43,752 nt of DNA. Source: Promethearchaeota archaeon (lineage in GTDB: Archaea; Asgardarchaeota; Lokiarchaeia; Sigyniarchaeales; SOKP01). This document shows, piece by piece, positions 1 through 10,530 of the stretch (the stretch's first letter is position 1; each line of letters begins with the position of its first letter). Where the stretch lies: the NCBI GenBank assembly GCA_048938005.1, contig JBHLMQ010000023.1, positions 1 through 43,752 on the forward strand, in the 5' to 3' direction. The notes under the pieces were generated by a model that searched no databases, was not told the DNA's origin, and saw nothing but the letters and a program-made list of their open reading frames with translations. A program made the translations under genes and the position numbers.

Positions 1-2
1 GG

Positions 3-764
3 AGCACCAGTAGTTTCAATAAGTTCTTTATTTTTATTCGCAAACTCTTTAGCAGTTGTTAGATCTCTTATATTAAAGGCTGGGCCACCACAACACACTT
101 TTTTATCAAGATTGGTTGAAAATTTAATTCCGGTTTTTTTTAAAATTTCAATATTCGCTTTTACTACTTCAGGGAATTTCATTGATTCACACCCTATATA
201 ATAGAAAACTTCATCATCACCATCGGTCTCTATGTTTTCTATCCCTTTTTCTTTATAAGTTTCGAATATATTGTAATCTTCTATAGTATTGGTTTTTTTT
301 AACTTACTTATCTGTTGTTTGCAGTAATCTGGCATCAATCCTTTATCATTTAAATCATCTCTCACCGTTTCTAAAAGTGATACAACAGAAAATTCAAAAG
401 GACACCAGACTTTGCAGTTTTCCTCATTAGAACATTTATACATTAAATTTATGAATGCTTTGTTCTCTTCCTTCGTTGGATCAATTTTTTTCATTGTTAA
501 ATAGTATCCAATTCTCGCTTTATAAGCAGGACTCATTGTTTCGGTTAGTGAAGCTTGTAGTGTTCCGCAGTCGAATCTGCACAAATTAGGACATAGCATA
601 CATTTAATTAAGTTCTCTACATCAGCCTTATATTCACCTTCTGGAAAAAAATTCGTTTTCCTTTGCCTAAAATTTTTCATTATGATTGATTTGGTTACTC
701 TATCAGCTTTTTGAATATATGGTAAATACCCACTGTATTTTTTTAATGATTCTTCGATACCCAT
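3..764 (-). CDS. Fe-S oxidoreductase, GlpC/GlcF/HdrD-like (4Fe-4S + CCG domain); partial, runs off the window edge
   Basis: Not in the ORF track. Manual translation from the ATG at 764: MGIEESLKKYSGYLP...CMLCPNLCRFDC...CSNEENCKVWCP...YYIGC...KVCCGGP. The start abuts the stop of the upstream FAD gene (TAA 765-767). Confidence 0.85.
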   Translation of the reverse strand, partial: MGIEESLKKYSGYLPYIQKADRVTKSIIMKNFRQRKTNFFPEGEYKADVENLIKCMLCPNLCRFDCGTLQASLTETMSPAYKARIGYYLTMKKIDPTKEENKAFINLMYKCSNEENCKVWCPFEFSVVSLLETVRDDLNDKGLMPDYCKQQISKLKKTNTIEDYNIFETYKEKGIENIETDGDDEVFYYIGCESMKFPEVVKANIEILKKTGIKFSTNLDKKVCCGGPAFNIRDLTTAKEFANKNKELIETTGA

Positions 765-2231
765 TTATTTTTCTCCTCCTTTCCAAGTATCTACATAAAT
801 CTTGCCAGGATTTAGAATATTATTGGGATCAAGCATTTTTTTTATTTCCTTTAATGTTTTCATAGATCTGCCCCATTCACTTTCCATCCAATGAGATCTG
901 TTAATTCCTATTCCATGATGGTGGGCAATTGAGCCACCAGCATCTAATGTAGCCTTAATTATAGTATTCCAACATTTTTGGTAATACTCAAAATCTGTTT
1001 CTTCTTTAGATGGAACTCCACCAAAACTGAAGTAAATCCCTACTCCATTTGGATAAAAATGTGAAACATGAGCAGTAATCATTAAAAAACCTTGTGATTC
1101 TAATACAGAATGATAGATGTTTGCTACATTTTCCCATAGTGATGCAACTTCCATAGTATCAAATACAAACTTATAGGGAGGCATAGCTGAAGTTTCAGTT
1201 ACTCTAAATCTAGTTTCAAACCAATGTTCTACAGGATGTTCACCACAATCTACACCAGAATTTTCCTCACATTTTAACCTGGTAATTATCTCTTCCAAAT
1301 CTACGAGTTTTGAATTACCTTCGCATACCAATATAACCATTACTTTATCTTTTGCTTGCTCCACATCTGGAAAATGTCGTAGGGTTTCAAATTGGTCATA
1401 AATACGTATAACCGCGGGATAAATCATTTCTCTTAAAATTTTTCGAATAGCCTCAAAAGAGTCTTCAATTGTAGGGAAAGCATATGAGATTAATGTTCTT
1501 TTTTCAGGATATGGCCAAATCTTTAGTGTTGCCTTAGTAACTATTCCAAGAGTACCTTCTGCTCCTATAAATAATTTATCAAGTTGAGGTCCAGTTGCTG
1601 CCCTCGCAATTGTTTTAAAATTAATTACTTCACCTAAAGGTAATACCACTTCCATTCCTAAAACCATATCTTCAGTTTTTCCATATTTTGTACTGAATTG
1701 CCCTGCACTACGATGCGCAATCCATCCCCCTAAAGAAGAAAAATAGAGAGATTGTGGTATATGGCCCGCTGTGTATCCTTTAGAATTTAAATAACGCTCT
1801 AAATTCATTCCATTAATACCTGCTTGAGCTGTAACTGTTAGATTCTTATCATTTATTTCAAGTATTTTATTAAATTTTTTCATATCAATAATTATTCCCC
1901 CATAAATCGGTATAGCACCTCCTACAACTCCAGAACCTTCTCCATAAGGTATTACTGGGATTTTGTACTGATTTGCAAACTTTAAAGTTTTGGATATTTG
2001 TTCTACAGTGTCAGGCCAAATTATAAAATCCGGTAATCCAGCAATTTGACCTTGGATTGTCCAATTAAACCCTAAAAGCGTACTATCTTTAGTATAAGCT
2101 AATAAATCAATTTCTTTGGTTGATACATTATTATCCCCTACAATTTCCTTCAATCTGGCTTCCATTTTCTTTTTATCTTTAATCTCATATCGATTTTCAT
2201 TATAGATTAATTCAAATTCTTTTAAGTCCAT
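765..2231 (-). CDS. FAD-binding oxidoreductase (VAO/PCMH, GlcD-like), alkyldihydroxyacetonephosphate synthase-like
   Basis: Motifs PYGEGSGVVGG, SSLGGWIAHRSAGQFSTKYG, GAEGTLGIVT, HVSHFYPNGVGIYF, HHHGIG, DPNNILNPGK. ATG at 2231; alternative TTG at 2234. Confidence 0.9.
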   Translation of the reverse strand: MDLKEFELIYNENRYEIKDKKKMEARLKEIVGDNNVSTKEIDLLAYTKDSTLLGFNWTIQGQIAGLPDFIIWPDTVEQISKTLKFANQYKIPVIPYGEGSGVVGGAIPIYGGIIIDMKKFNKILEINDKNLTVTAQAGINGMNLERYLNSKGYTAGHIPQSLYFSSLGGWIAHRSAGQFSTKYGKTEDMVLGMEVVLPLGEVINFKTIARAATGPQLDKLFIGAEGTLGIVTKATLKIWPYPEKRTLISYAFPTIEDSFEAIRKILREMIYPAVIRIYDQFETLRHFPDVEQAKDKVMVILVCEGNSKLVDLEEIITRLKCEENSGVDCGEHPVEHWFETRFRVTETSAMPPYKFVFDTMEVASLWENVANIYHSVLESQGFLMITAHVSHFYPNGVGIYFSFGGVPSKEETDFEYYQKCWNTIIKATLDAGGSIAHHHGIGINRSHWMESEWGRSMKTLKEIKKMLDPNNILNPGKIYVDTWKGGEK

Positions 2232-2355
2232 CAATAATCCCCTAACATAATAATATAATTATCATACTAAAATGATTAGAATTTATTTAAAATTTTGATT
2301 TATTAAAGAAATTTAGTATTAATCAAAATCCAACAATTAAAAAAATGATTTTCAA

Positions 2356-3834
2356 TTAGTAAATAGTTTCTCCTGTTATTCGGTTTACTTTCATATGCCT
2401 GAATCTTGCCTTTTCTCTTATTATTTCTTTACTTCTTGAGATTTTTTCATATATTTCTTGTGGAAATAAAAATTTTGCAAGGTGAATTATCATTTCCCTC
2501 GTTTCTATACAATTGAATAACTTTAAACTCTCAATTGAGTAAAATAATTCACTTATTAAATCATAATTTGTATCTGCAGAAAAATCAAGAAGTTCTAAAT
2601 TTCTATAAATTCGAGATACGATATTTTTTAGAAGATCATAATCTTTTAACTTTTCAAGAGTGTTATTCATATAATAGCTAAATAAGACATAGTAGGTTGC
2701 TTCTGAGGAAACAAAACCATCTCTAAATTGCTTTATTCCATCTTGAGTAATTCTTCTTTCAATTTCTTCTTTTAAAGCATTCTCTTCGTTATCCATGTTT
2801 GAGATTCCTAATTGGCGAAACATTTTTAAAATGACTACTAACTGAGAAGTTTCCAGATTTTGCAGGTAACTCGACTCAAAATATTTTGGGGCTGACTTTA
2901 GCATCAAGTTAATTTGTTCTATACTTAAATATAATTTCATTAATTCAGTGGATTTAATAAAATAGTATACACCATCAGTAGCTTCAATGAGAGGTGATTC
3001 ATATCTTTCAATTGCTTCAGTGTGTAAATCTATTAGAAAATCTCTGATTTTGGCCTCATCAAGCTCAACTCCTAAATGTTTGGCTAAATAGATTCCACAA
3101 AAATAGATATCAGGGTTTTTTAAGGATACTAATGGAACATCAATTAGCCACTCATTAATATTTTCTTTAAGATAAGATTTAATATGAGAAAAATCAAATG
3201 CCATTTGTAGGTGAAAAAAATGAATAATTCGATAAAGTAGATATGTTAATTGAAGTTTAAATTCTGGTTCCTTTATATCTTCTAAGCTTTCTATATTCTT
3301 CTTATTTTCCCAGAATTTATCTATAATTTTTTTTTGAATATTGATATATTTATTTAAATTTTCAAGCTTTTCTGGATCACGATCAAACAAATCTTTTAAA
3401 CTTCTTAATTCTATAATGAATTCTAATGGTAAAAAACCTTCAGCTTTGCATTTTAACATTATTGGTGCAATTTCAACGTCTACCAAATAATCTACAATCT
3501 TCTCTAGAAAAATTTCGTAGATAATTGGAGCGATTTTTCTCTCATATATGTCTATAGGTGAGTTAATAAACGGTATTTCCTCATTTCCTATTTCTAAGAA
3601 AGGATCTAAAAATTTACTTTCGACATCATTCAGACCAAAACCCAGATTTAAGAAAACTTTTATAATGAATAATTTAATCTCATCTACTATTTCAGTTATG
3701 TCTTCTTTTTCAATTGGATTGCTACCAAATGAGATGATAATTTTATCGCGGAAATAGTGATCTATGTTGTTATAAAAGAGATCGGTATCACTAAAATACA
3801 AATCGAGAATGTTAAATAATCCTTGAAAAATCAT
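2356..3834 (-). CDS. Hypothetical alpha-helical protein with weak prenyltransferase/squalene-cyclase-like repeats in the C-terminal half
   Basis: 492-aa ORF with repeat-like segments DIYFCGIYLAKHLG, EATDGVYYFIKS, SSEATYYVLFS, SELFYSIESLKLFN. The ORF is secure; the fold is inferred. Confidence 0.6.
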   Translation of the reverse strand: MIFQGLFNILDLYFSDTDLFYNNIDHYFRDKIIISFGSNPIEKEDITEIVDEIKLFIIKVFLNLGFGLNDVESKFLDPFLEIGNEEIPFINSPIDIYERKIAPIIYEIFLEKIVDYLVDVEIAPIMLKCKAEGFLPLEFIIELRSLKDLFDRDPEKLENLNKYINIQKKIIDKFWENKKNIESLEDIKEPEFKLQLTYLLYRIIHFFHLQMAFDFSHIKSYLKENINEWLIDVPLVSLKNPDIYFCGIYLAKHLGVELDEAKIRDFLIDLHTEAIERYESPLIEATDGVYYFIKSTELMKLYLSIEQINLMLKSAPKYFESSYLQNLETSQLVVILKMFRQLGISNMDNEENALKEEIERRITQDGIKQFRDGFVSSEATYYVLFSYYMNNTLEKLKDYDLLKNIVSRIYRNLELLDFSADTNYDLISELFYSIESLKLFNCIETREMIIHLAKFLFPQEIYEKISRSKEIIREKARFRHMKVNRITGETIY

Positions 3835-4106
3835 TTTATAAGAAGTATAAATTTAGCATAGTTTTACTTTCTGAACTATTTAAATCAAATTATTAAAAAA
3901 ATTAATACTTTACCTTTTTTGATTGAGATTCATTATCATATGGCATAACTTAAGTATCTTAATATTTCTAGTAATCAAATCTTCGAGAAATGTCTGTATA
4001 ATGAAGAAAATCAGAAATTAAATATAAAAAGTAGAAAATATTCTTATTCTTATACCATATAACTGTTAAATTCATAAAAATTCGGATTCAACTTTAGAAA
4101 AGTGTA

Positions 4107-5528
4107 ATGACTAATTCGATCTTCGGTACATCTGGAATAAGAAGGATATTTCAAAATTATTCAGAATCAGATCTTATGTTTACACCACAAATGGCTTTAG
4201 ATCTTGGATTATCTTTAGGGACATATTTAAAATCCGGATCCACAATTGTTATTGGAAAAGATATTCGGACTTCAGCTTTGCCAATAGAACATGCTTTAAT
4301 CTCAGGACTTATTAGTTCTGGGTGTAATGTAAAGACATTAGGAATTGTGACTACTCCTACATTAGCCGCTTCTCTAAAATTTTTAGATGCTGAAGCAGGA
4401 GTTATGATAACCGCTTCGCATAACACTCCAGAATATATAGGTCTAAAATTGTGGAATCCTTCAGGAGTAGGATATTCTCCCGAACAAGAAATTGAAATTT
4501 CTCGGATTTATGATGAAAAAAATTTCATTAATATTGAATTTGACCAAATTGGGAAAGTTACCCAAGTTAATGACATTAATGATATTCACATATCAGAGAT
4601 ATTGAAAAAGATAAGATTTGATGGAAGTAAGTTAAATGCTATTGTTGATCCAGGGAACGGTTCTGGTTGTGATATCGTGCCAAAACTTCTTTCAACTTAT
4701 AATATTAATATTATGACTATAAATAGTCAAATGGATGGAAGATTCCCAGGACGCCATTCAGAACCAAACAAAGAGAATTTAATTCAACTATCAAAATTTT
4801 TGAAAATTTCCCCTCAAAAAAATATCGGAATTGCACTAGATGGGGATGCTGATAGAGTTATTTTTTTAGACGAGAGTGGTGAAATAGTTGATCCTATTCG
4901 ATTGTTAACTATTTTAGCTAAAAATTATATCCAAGAAAATACACTCTCTCAAGAGGAAATGAAAGTAGTAACACCAATTAATTCATCGAGTTTAATTGAA
5001 AACGTTTTAAATCCTCTTGGATGTGAAGTTATTAGGACAGAAGTTGGAGATATTAAAGTAGCTCTTGCTTTACAGGAATATGGGGGTTTTCTTGGAGGTG
5101 AAACTTCAGGTACTTATATTTGGCCGGATTTTCATTTTGGTCCAGATTCAATAGTAACAATTGCTACTACTCTTAAATTGATAACTAAATTTGGAAAAAG
5201 TTTAAAAGAATTATTGACAGATATTCCAAAATATCCATATTACGCAACCAAATTTAAATTACTTCAAGATATTCCATTTACTGAGGAAATACTTCAAAAA
5301 ATTATTTATGAAATGAACGATTCATTTGATAATTTAGGAAAGGAAAAAGTAAATCTCAACCAACTAGATGGATGTAGATTTGATTACGAGGATGGTTGGC
5401 TTTTAATAAGACGGTCTGGAACAAGTCCCTACTTAAGAATATCAGGCGAATCTACAAAAGATATAAATAGTTCAATAGAAATGAATAATATTGCAATGAA
5501 AAAAATGCAGAAATTAAATTTAATCTAA
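4107..5528 (+). CDS. glmM: Phosphoglucosamine mutase (alpha-D-phosphohexomutase)
   Basis: FGTSGIR, TASHN (phospho-Ser), DGDADR, RRSGTSP; directly upstream of glmS. Confidence 0.85.
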   Translation: MTNSIFGTSGIRRIFQNYSESDLMFTPQMALDLGLSLGTYLKSGSTIVIGKDIRTSALPIEHALISGLISSGCNVKTLGIVTTPTLAASLKFLDAEAGVMITASHNTPEYIGLKLWNPSGVGYSPEQEIEISRIYDEKNFINIEFDQIGKVTQVNDINDIHISEILKKIRFDGSKLNAIVDPGNGSGCDIVPKLLSTYNINIMTINSQMDGRFPGRHSEPNKENLIQLSKFLKISPQKNIGIALDGDADRVIFLDESGEIVDPIRLLTILAKNYIQENTLSQEEMKVVTPINSSSLIENVLNPLGCEVIRTEVGDIKVALALQEYGGFLGGETSGTYIWPDFHFGPDSIVTIATTLKLITKFGKSLKELLTDIPKYPYYATKFKLLQDIPFTEEILQKIIYEMNDSFDNLGKEKVNLNQLDGCRFDYEDGWLLIRRSGTSPYLRISGESTKDINSSIEMNNIAMKKMQKLNLI

Positions 5529-5545
5529 TTTTTGTTTGAATAATT

Positions 5546-7402
5546 ATGTGTGGAATATTTGGTATTATCTCAAAACAAAAAAATATTAACATTGGAAAAC
5601 TAGCTCTAGAAGGAATAAAACGGTTAGAATATCGAGGGTATGATTCATGTGGGATAGTTTCAATTGCTGATAATAAACTTGTTGTCAAAAAAGATGCTGG
5701 AAAAATTGATGACATCCATAAGAAATTAAAATTAGATGAATTTCCAAATGACTCTAAACTTGCCTTAGCTCATACACGATGGGCAACTCACGGATCACCA
5801 ACAAAAGCTAATAGCCACCCTCATTTAGATTGTAATAATAAAATTGCTGTAATTCACAATGGAATTCTTGAAAATTTTTTTGAACTTAAAGATGATTTAG
5901 TATCTAAAGGACATGTTTTTAAATCCGAAACCGATACCGAAATAATTCCTCACCTAATCGAAGAGAACCTAAAAACACTTGGAAACTTCAAAGAAGCTGT
6001 TTTTGCTGCTATAAAAAAGTGTAATGGAGCATATGCATTAGCTATTTGTCATGCAGATTATCCTGATACCATCATTGCTGTTCGAAGAGAATCACCACTA
6101 ATAATTGGAATAGATGAAGGAAAAGCCTCATATTGTGCTTCAGATATTCCCGCTTTTCTCCCATATACAAGAAACTGTTATATATTAGAAGATGATGAAA
6201 TAGCAATTTTAAAAGCAGGTACGGTTGAATTTTTTGATCTTAATAATATAAATGCTTCCAAACTTAAGGAAATTCAATATATCAAATGGAATATTGACGC
6301 TGCCGAAAAACAGGGCTATGATCACTTCATGTTAAAAGAGATTTATGAAGAACCCATGGCTTTAAGAAGAACTATCAAAATATCTCCTGATTCTTTAAAA
6401 AAATTCGCTGAACCGTTAATATCTGCAGAGCATATATACATCACAGCTGCTGGAACGTCCTTTTACGCTTCATTAGCAGGAAAATTCATTATAACAAGAT
6501 TTCTAGGAAAATATATTGAGGCTATAGAATGTTCTGAGTTTAAAACACAAATGTTAAACTCTCTAGAAGATAATTCTGTAATCATAGCAGTATCACAATC
6601 TGGAGAAACTATTGATCTAATCGAACCAATTCGATGGGCAAAGAATTATAAACCAAATGTAAAAATATTATCAATTACAAATATAGTTGGTTCAACTCTT
6701 ACAAGGCATTCTGATAATGTTTTAGTCACGCAGGCGGGACCAGAGATTGGCGTTGCTGCCACTAAAACATTCGTCTCTCAAGTCTTAACCCTTAGTTTAA
6801 TAGCATTGGAGATTGCTAAGTTAAGAAAAATTGAATCATCTGAAGAAATCCAGAAATATTACAATGCTCTTTATTCTACATCTGAGATTATTGAAAGTTT
6901 TCTTGATAAAAACGTTGAATTAATTAAATATATTGTAAGAAACTTAGAGAACAATCTTAACTTTTTCTTTTTAGCGAGGGGTATATCAATTGCAACTGCT
7001 AAAGAAGGTGGCCTAAAGTTAAAAGAAGTTGCTTGTCGATTTATTGAAGGTTATTCTGCTGCGCATGCAAAACATGGGCCTATATCTTTAGTGAGAGAAG
7101 GTTATCCTATAATATTTATTGCTCCTCCAGATGAGACATATGAGCGCCTAATAGGTAATGTAATGGAGTTCAAGTCGAGAGGTGGTAAAATTATTTCCTT
7201 AGTTGTAGAAAATGATAAAAAAATAACTCAATTAAGTGATATTACGATTCGAATTCCACAACCAGAAGATAAATACCATGCTCTTTTTAGTCCGATCACT
7301 TTTATCCCTGCTTTACAATTATTAGCTTATTATGCGGCATTGGAGCATAATTTAGACCCTGATAAACCTTTAAACCTTGCTAAAACAGTTACAGTACACT
7401 AA
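5546..7402 (+). CDS. glmS: Glutamine--fructose-6-phosphate aminotransferase (isomerizing)
   Basis: N-terminal MCGIFG, LEYRGYDS, HTRWATHG, SQSGET, KHGP, C-terminal NLAKTVTV. Confidence 0.97.
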   Translation: MCGIFGIISKQKNINIGKLALEGIKRLEYRGYDSCGIVSIADNKLVVKKDAGKIDDIHKKLKLDEFPNDSKLALAHTRWATHGSPTKANSHPHLDCNNKIAVIHNGILENFFELKDDLVSKGHVFKSETDTEIIPHLIEENLKTLGNFKEAVFAAIKKCNGAYALAICHADYPDTIIAVRRESPLIIGIDEGKASYCASDIPAFLPYTRNCYILEDDEIAILKAGTVEFFDLNNINASKLKEIQYIKWNIDAAEKQGYDHFMLKEIYEEPMALRRTIKISPDSLKKFAEPLISAEHIYITAAGTSFYASLAGKFIITRFLGKYIEAIECSEFKTQMLNSLEDNSVIIAVSQSGETIDLIEPIRWAKNYKPNVKILSITNIVGSTLTRHSDNVLVTQAGPEIGVAATKTFVSQVLTLSLIALEIAKLRKIESSEEIQKYYNALYSTSEIIESFLDKNVELIKYIVRNLENNLNFFFLARGISIATAKEGGLKLKEVACRFIEGYSAAHAKHGPISLVREGYPIIFIAPPDETYERLIGNVMEFKSRGGKIISLVVENDKKITQLSDITIRIPQPEDKYHALFSPITFIPALQLLAYYAALEHNLDPDKPLNLAKTVTVH

Positions 7403-7405
7403 ATT

Positions 7406-8701
7406 TTAATAAAATAGATTTTCTTTCTTTTTAATACCTTCAAATGGGTCATAATAATAAAGAGTATTAGGAGGAACATCTTCCTCAACTAATGTATTTG
7501 CCCCTATTACAGAATTTTCGCCAATCATTTTTCCACACATTACACTGGTGTTAATACCAGTTTGTACATTCGGGCCAATAAACGCTCCTAATTTTCTCCT
7601 GCCTGAATCAATTATTTTCCCCTCAATCTTAACCTTCACACTTTTATTATCGAATCTTAAATTAGATATTTTTGAACCAGCGCCAAGATTTACATTTTCG
7701 CAAATAATTGAATCTCCAACGTAATTGAAATGAGGAGCGCTTGAATTTGAGAAAATTAGAGAATTTTTAACTTCACTTGTACCTATATGACAATTATCTT
7801 CTATAGAAGTATAGGGTCTTATAAAGGCATTGGGTCCAATTAATGTATTTTTCCCTATATAACATGGTCCTTGGATATAACTACCCGATTTAACATTTGT
7901 ATTTTTCCCAATATAAACATTTCCGAAGATTTGAACATTTTCTTCAATATCACCTAATATTTTCTTTCCTATTCTTTCCAAAACAAAAGAATTTGATTCA
8001 AATAGTTGCCATGGTAAGCCAATATCGCTCCAAAAATGATCTTTTATAATGCATCCTAAAATATTCCCATTTAATTGATGTATTAAAATTTCCAATGAAT
8101 CTGTTAATTCATATTCTCCCCTTATTGACTTTTCTGTTTTTTCAATCGCTTTAAATATCAATGGATCAAAAATATAAATTCCTGCATTTGCTAGATTACC
8201 TAGATTTAATTCTGGAAGAGGTTTTTCAGTAATCTTTTCTACAAAACCATCAGATTTAAGCGTGACTATTCCATAATCTTGAGGATTATTTACTTCTAAT
8301 AAGGACATTAATACTTCAATTTTGGTTTCTTTAAATTTCTCTAAAATATCTTTAAAAATTTTTGGTTCTATCATTAAATCACCGTATGTCAATAAGAATG
8401 GCTCATCTTTAACAAAATTTTTAGCATAATTAACGGCATTTGCGGTTCCTAATAGCTCTTCTTGAGCAATATAATCAATTTTAACATCAAATTTACCTTG
8501 CCCATTACCGAAATATTCTCTAATAGCTTCTTTTTTATATCCAACTATTAATAGAATCTCATTTATTCCTGCATCTTTTAGTCCTAAGATTGTATATTCA
8601 AGTATTGGTTTCCCAGCAAGAGGGATCATTGGTTTAGGGCGAGAAGAAGTTATAGGCATTAATCTCTTTCCTTTACCTGCCGCTAATATAACAGCTTTCA
8701 T
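7406..8701 (-). CDS. glmU: Archaeal bifunctional sugar-1-phosphate nucleotidylyltransferase/acetyltransferase (GlmU)
   Basis: LAAGKGKRL..KPMIP NTP-transferase domain plus hexapeptide repeats, HFNYVGDS, GRRKLGA; convergent with glmS. Confidence 0.9.
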   Translation of the reverse strand: MKAVILAAGKGKRLMPITSSRPKPMIPLAGKPILEYTILGLKDAGINEILLIVGYKKEAIREYFGNGQGKFDVKIDYIAQEELLGTANAVNYAKNFVKDEPFLLTYGDLMIEPKIFKDILEKFKETKIEVLMSLLEVNNPQDYGIVTLKSDGFVEKITEKPLPELNLGNLANAGIYIFDPLIFKAIEKTEKSIRGEYELTDSLEILIHQLNGNILGCIIKDHFWSDIGLPWQLFESNSFVLERIGKKILGDIEENVQIFGNVYIGKNTNVKSGSYIQGPCYIGKNTLIGPNAFIRPYTSIEDNCHIGTSEVKNSLIFSNSSAPHFNYVGDSIICENVNLGAGSKISNLRFDNKSVKVKIEGKIIDSGRRKLGAFIGPNVQTGINTSVMCGKMIGENSVIGANTLVEEDVPPNTLYYYDPFEGIKKKENLFY

Positions 8702-8778
8702 AAAAGAAATTAATTGATTATACTATTAAAAACTTCTTACATCTCTCTCTAAGGTAGTTACAGTTTATTAGTTCATTA

Positions 8779-10269
8779 TTAACTAGATTTCATTATATTA
8801 AAAATATGACCCTTCCACGCATCTAATTCAATATACAAACCATATTTATACAAATTTTCTCCATTGTATGTGTAAGATATCTGAGTAAGTAAATCTGTGA
8901 AAATCCATTTATAAGTATCGAAATGGAATGGACTTATCCTTACATGAGCTTTTGAAGAATTTGGACTGTAATTAACAACTATAAGCCGATAGTTATCATT
9001 AATCCACCATAAATAAGAAATTATGTTTGAGAATGAAGAATCATCTGAACTTACAGATTCTGTTTTACATAAAGACCAACTAGCATTCTCGAATTCTCGT
9101 CCGGGTATTGACTTTAATAAATCTTGATAAAAATCAAAAATATTTTTATTAACTTCTTCAAAAGGTCTTCTTCTTAATTGAACTGGTAATTTTGTTTTAT
9201 AACCATAAGTCTGACCTTCATGTATTAATCTTGCTCCTGGTAAGGTATAAGTGATAATCGCCGCTGCTTTTGACCTTTTTTCCCCAAATTTCTCAACAGC
9301 CCTTAACTCATCATGATTTTCAATAAATCTTATAAGCTTGCTTTGATAAGCCCATTCTGCTTTTAAATGGTCTTTAAGAGTATTTGCATTCTCATAAGCT
9401 AATCTTTCATACAATCTTTTATCATAACAGAAATCAAATCCCTGTTGCTGAAGCTCCCATTCCATATCCCAATATACTTCTGCTATAAATAAGAAATGAG
9501 GGAATCTTTTTTTTATTGCGGGAATTATTTCTTCCCAAAATTCTTTTTCAGGAGGGGGACCTGTTTTTTTATTCCATGTTTTACTAAAAACTTTATTAGT
9601 CATTAACATAGCCATATCACATCTGACTCCATCACAAATTTCAGCAATACCTAGTAGAGTATTAATTATTTTTTGACGAGCTGCTTCTGAGAAAGCATTA
9701 ATTTGAATTGTATCTGTCCATGGAGGAAAATTAGGATCCCTTCCATAGGCAAAAATTTTCTCTGAAATACTGAAAAATTCATATGGATGAGTCATTAAAT
9801 CCTCTAAAGTTCCCTGAATAAATAAATCTGGTTCAAATGTCCATAAAGAATCGATCGAAACATGATTAGGAACAAAATCTAATATTAATCGGATATTTTG
9901 TTCAGATAATCTTTTTCTTATAGCCTTTAAACCATCTATCCCACCAATATTTTTATCTATATGATAGTAATACACAGAATATGGTGATCCTACTACATCA
10001 TCATCACTAAAATCATGAAGAGCATTACGATATTCTCTCTGTAAATCAGGATGTTCAAGAGCTATTTTTCTACTAGCAGGACTTCTTTCCCACACTCCCA
10101 TAAACCATATAGCATCAAAGAATCTTATCTCTTGATTAAAAATTTCATCAGGAATATTCTTTAAAGTAATAGATTTATTGACAGTCTCAGAAAGAAAGTA
10201 AAGCCAAGGCCAAGTATTTATTTCAAGAATTTTTGGATTTCTAACCCATTCTGTATTTTTTGTTAACAT
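8779..10269 (-). CDS. Alpha-amylase family glycoside hydrolase (GH13)
   Basis: Conserved regions LDFVPNH, DGVRCDMA (nucleophile D), FIAEVYW (E), FIENHDE (D). Confidence 0.9.
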   Translation of the reverse strand: MLTKNTEWVRNPKILEINTWPWLYFLSETVNKSITLKNIPDEIFNQEIRFFDAIWFMGVWERSPASRKIALEHPDLQREYRNALHDFSDDDVVGSPYSVYYYHIDKNIGGIDGLKAIRKRLSEQNIRLILDFVPNHVSIDSLWTFEPDLFIQGTLEDLMTHPYEFFSISEKIFAYGRDPNFPPWTDTIQINAFSEAARQKIINTLLGIAEICDGVRCDMAMLMTNKVFSKTWNKKTGPPPEKEFWEEIIPAIKKRFPHFLFIAEVYWDMEWELQQQGFDFCYDKRLYERLAYENANTLKDHLKAEWAYQSKLIRFIENHDELRAVEKFGEKRSKAAAIITYTLPGARLIHEGQTYGYKTKLPVQLRRRPFEEVNKNIFDFYQDLLKSIPGREFENASWSLCKTESVSSDDSSFSNIISYLWWINDNYRLIVVNYSPNSSKAHVRISPFHFDTYKWIFTDLLTQISYTYNGENLYKYGLYIELDAWKGHIFNIMKSS

Positions 10270-10404
10270 CTTTATTAATAGCTTAAATTTGATTAATTAA
10301 AATGATGAATTTAAATTAGATTTCTTTATATATATAAAATAAATACATATAAATTTCTTTGTTATCATATTTATTAATAGAAAAAAAAAATAAAACACAT
10401 AAAA

Positions 10405-10509
10405 ATGAGTGAGGAAAAAGAAGCTTTACGGAAGCTGATAATGTTGATATCAGACTTGCGTGCAAAGGATGAGGAGAGATACGAAGCGCACGTTAATTTC
10501 ATGAAATGA
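10405..10509 (+). other. 34-codon ORF in frame with the downstream 157-aa ORF (probable true N-terminus, or a uORF)
   Basis: ATG 10405 MSEEKEALRKLIMLISDLRAKDEERYEAHVNFMK-TGA. Same frame as the ATG at 10531; in-frame TGAs at 10507 and 10522. Composition is coding-like compared with the AT-rich flank. Confidence 0.55.
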
Positions 10510-10530
10510 AAACGGATTTCCTGAGTTCAC

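Noticed and set aside
3548-5715. Short antisense ORFs 3548..3757, 4157..4426 and 5452..5715
   Set aside because: They lie opposite well-supported genes and have no motifs; shadow ORFs.
10501-10525. ATGA...AAAA...TGAG resembles a eukaryote-type SECIS core
   Set aside because: The spacing is too short to form the upper helix, and it overlaps the TGA codons rather than lying in a 3' UTR.
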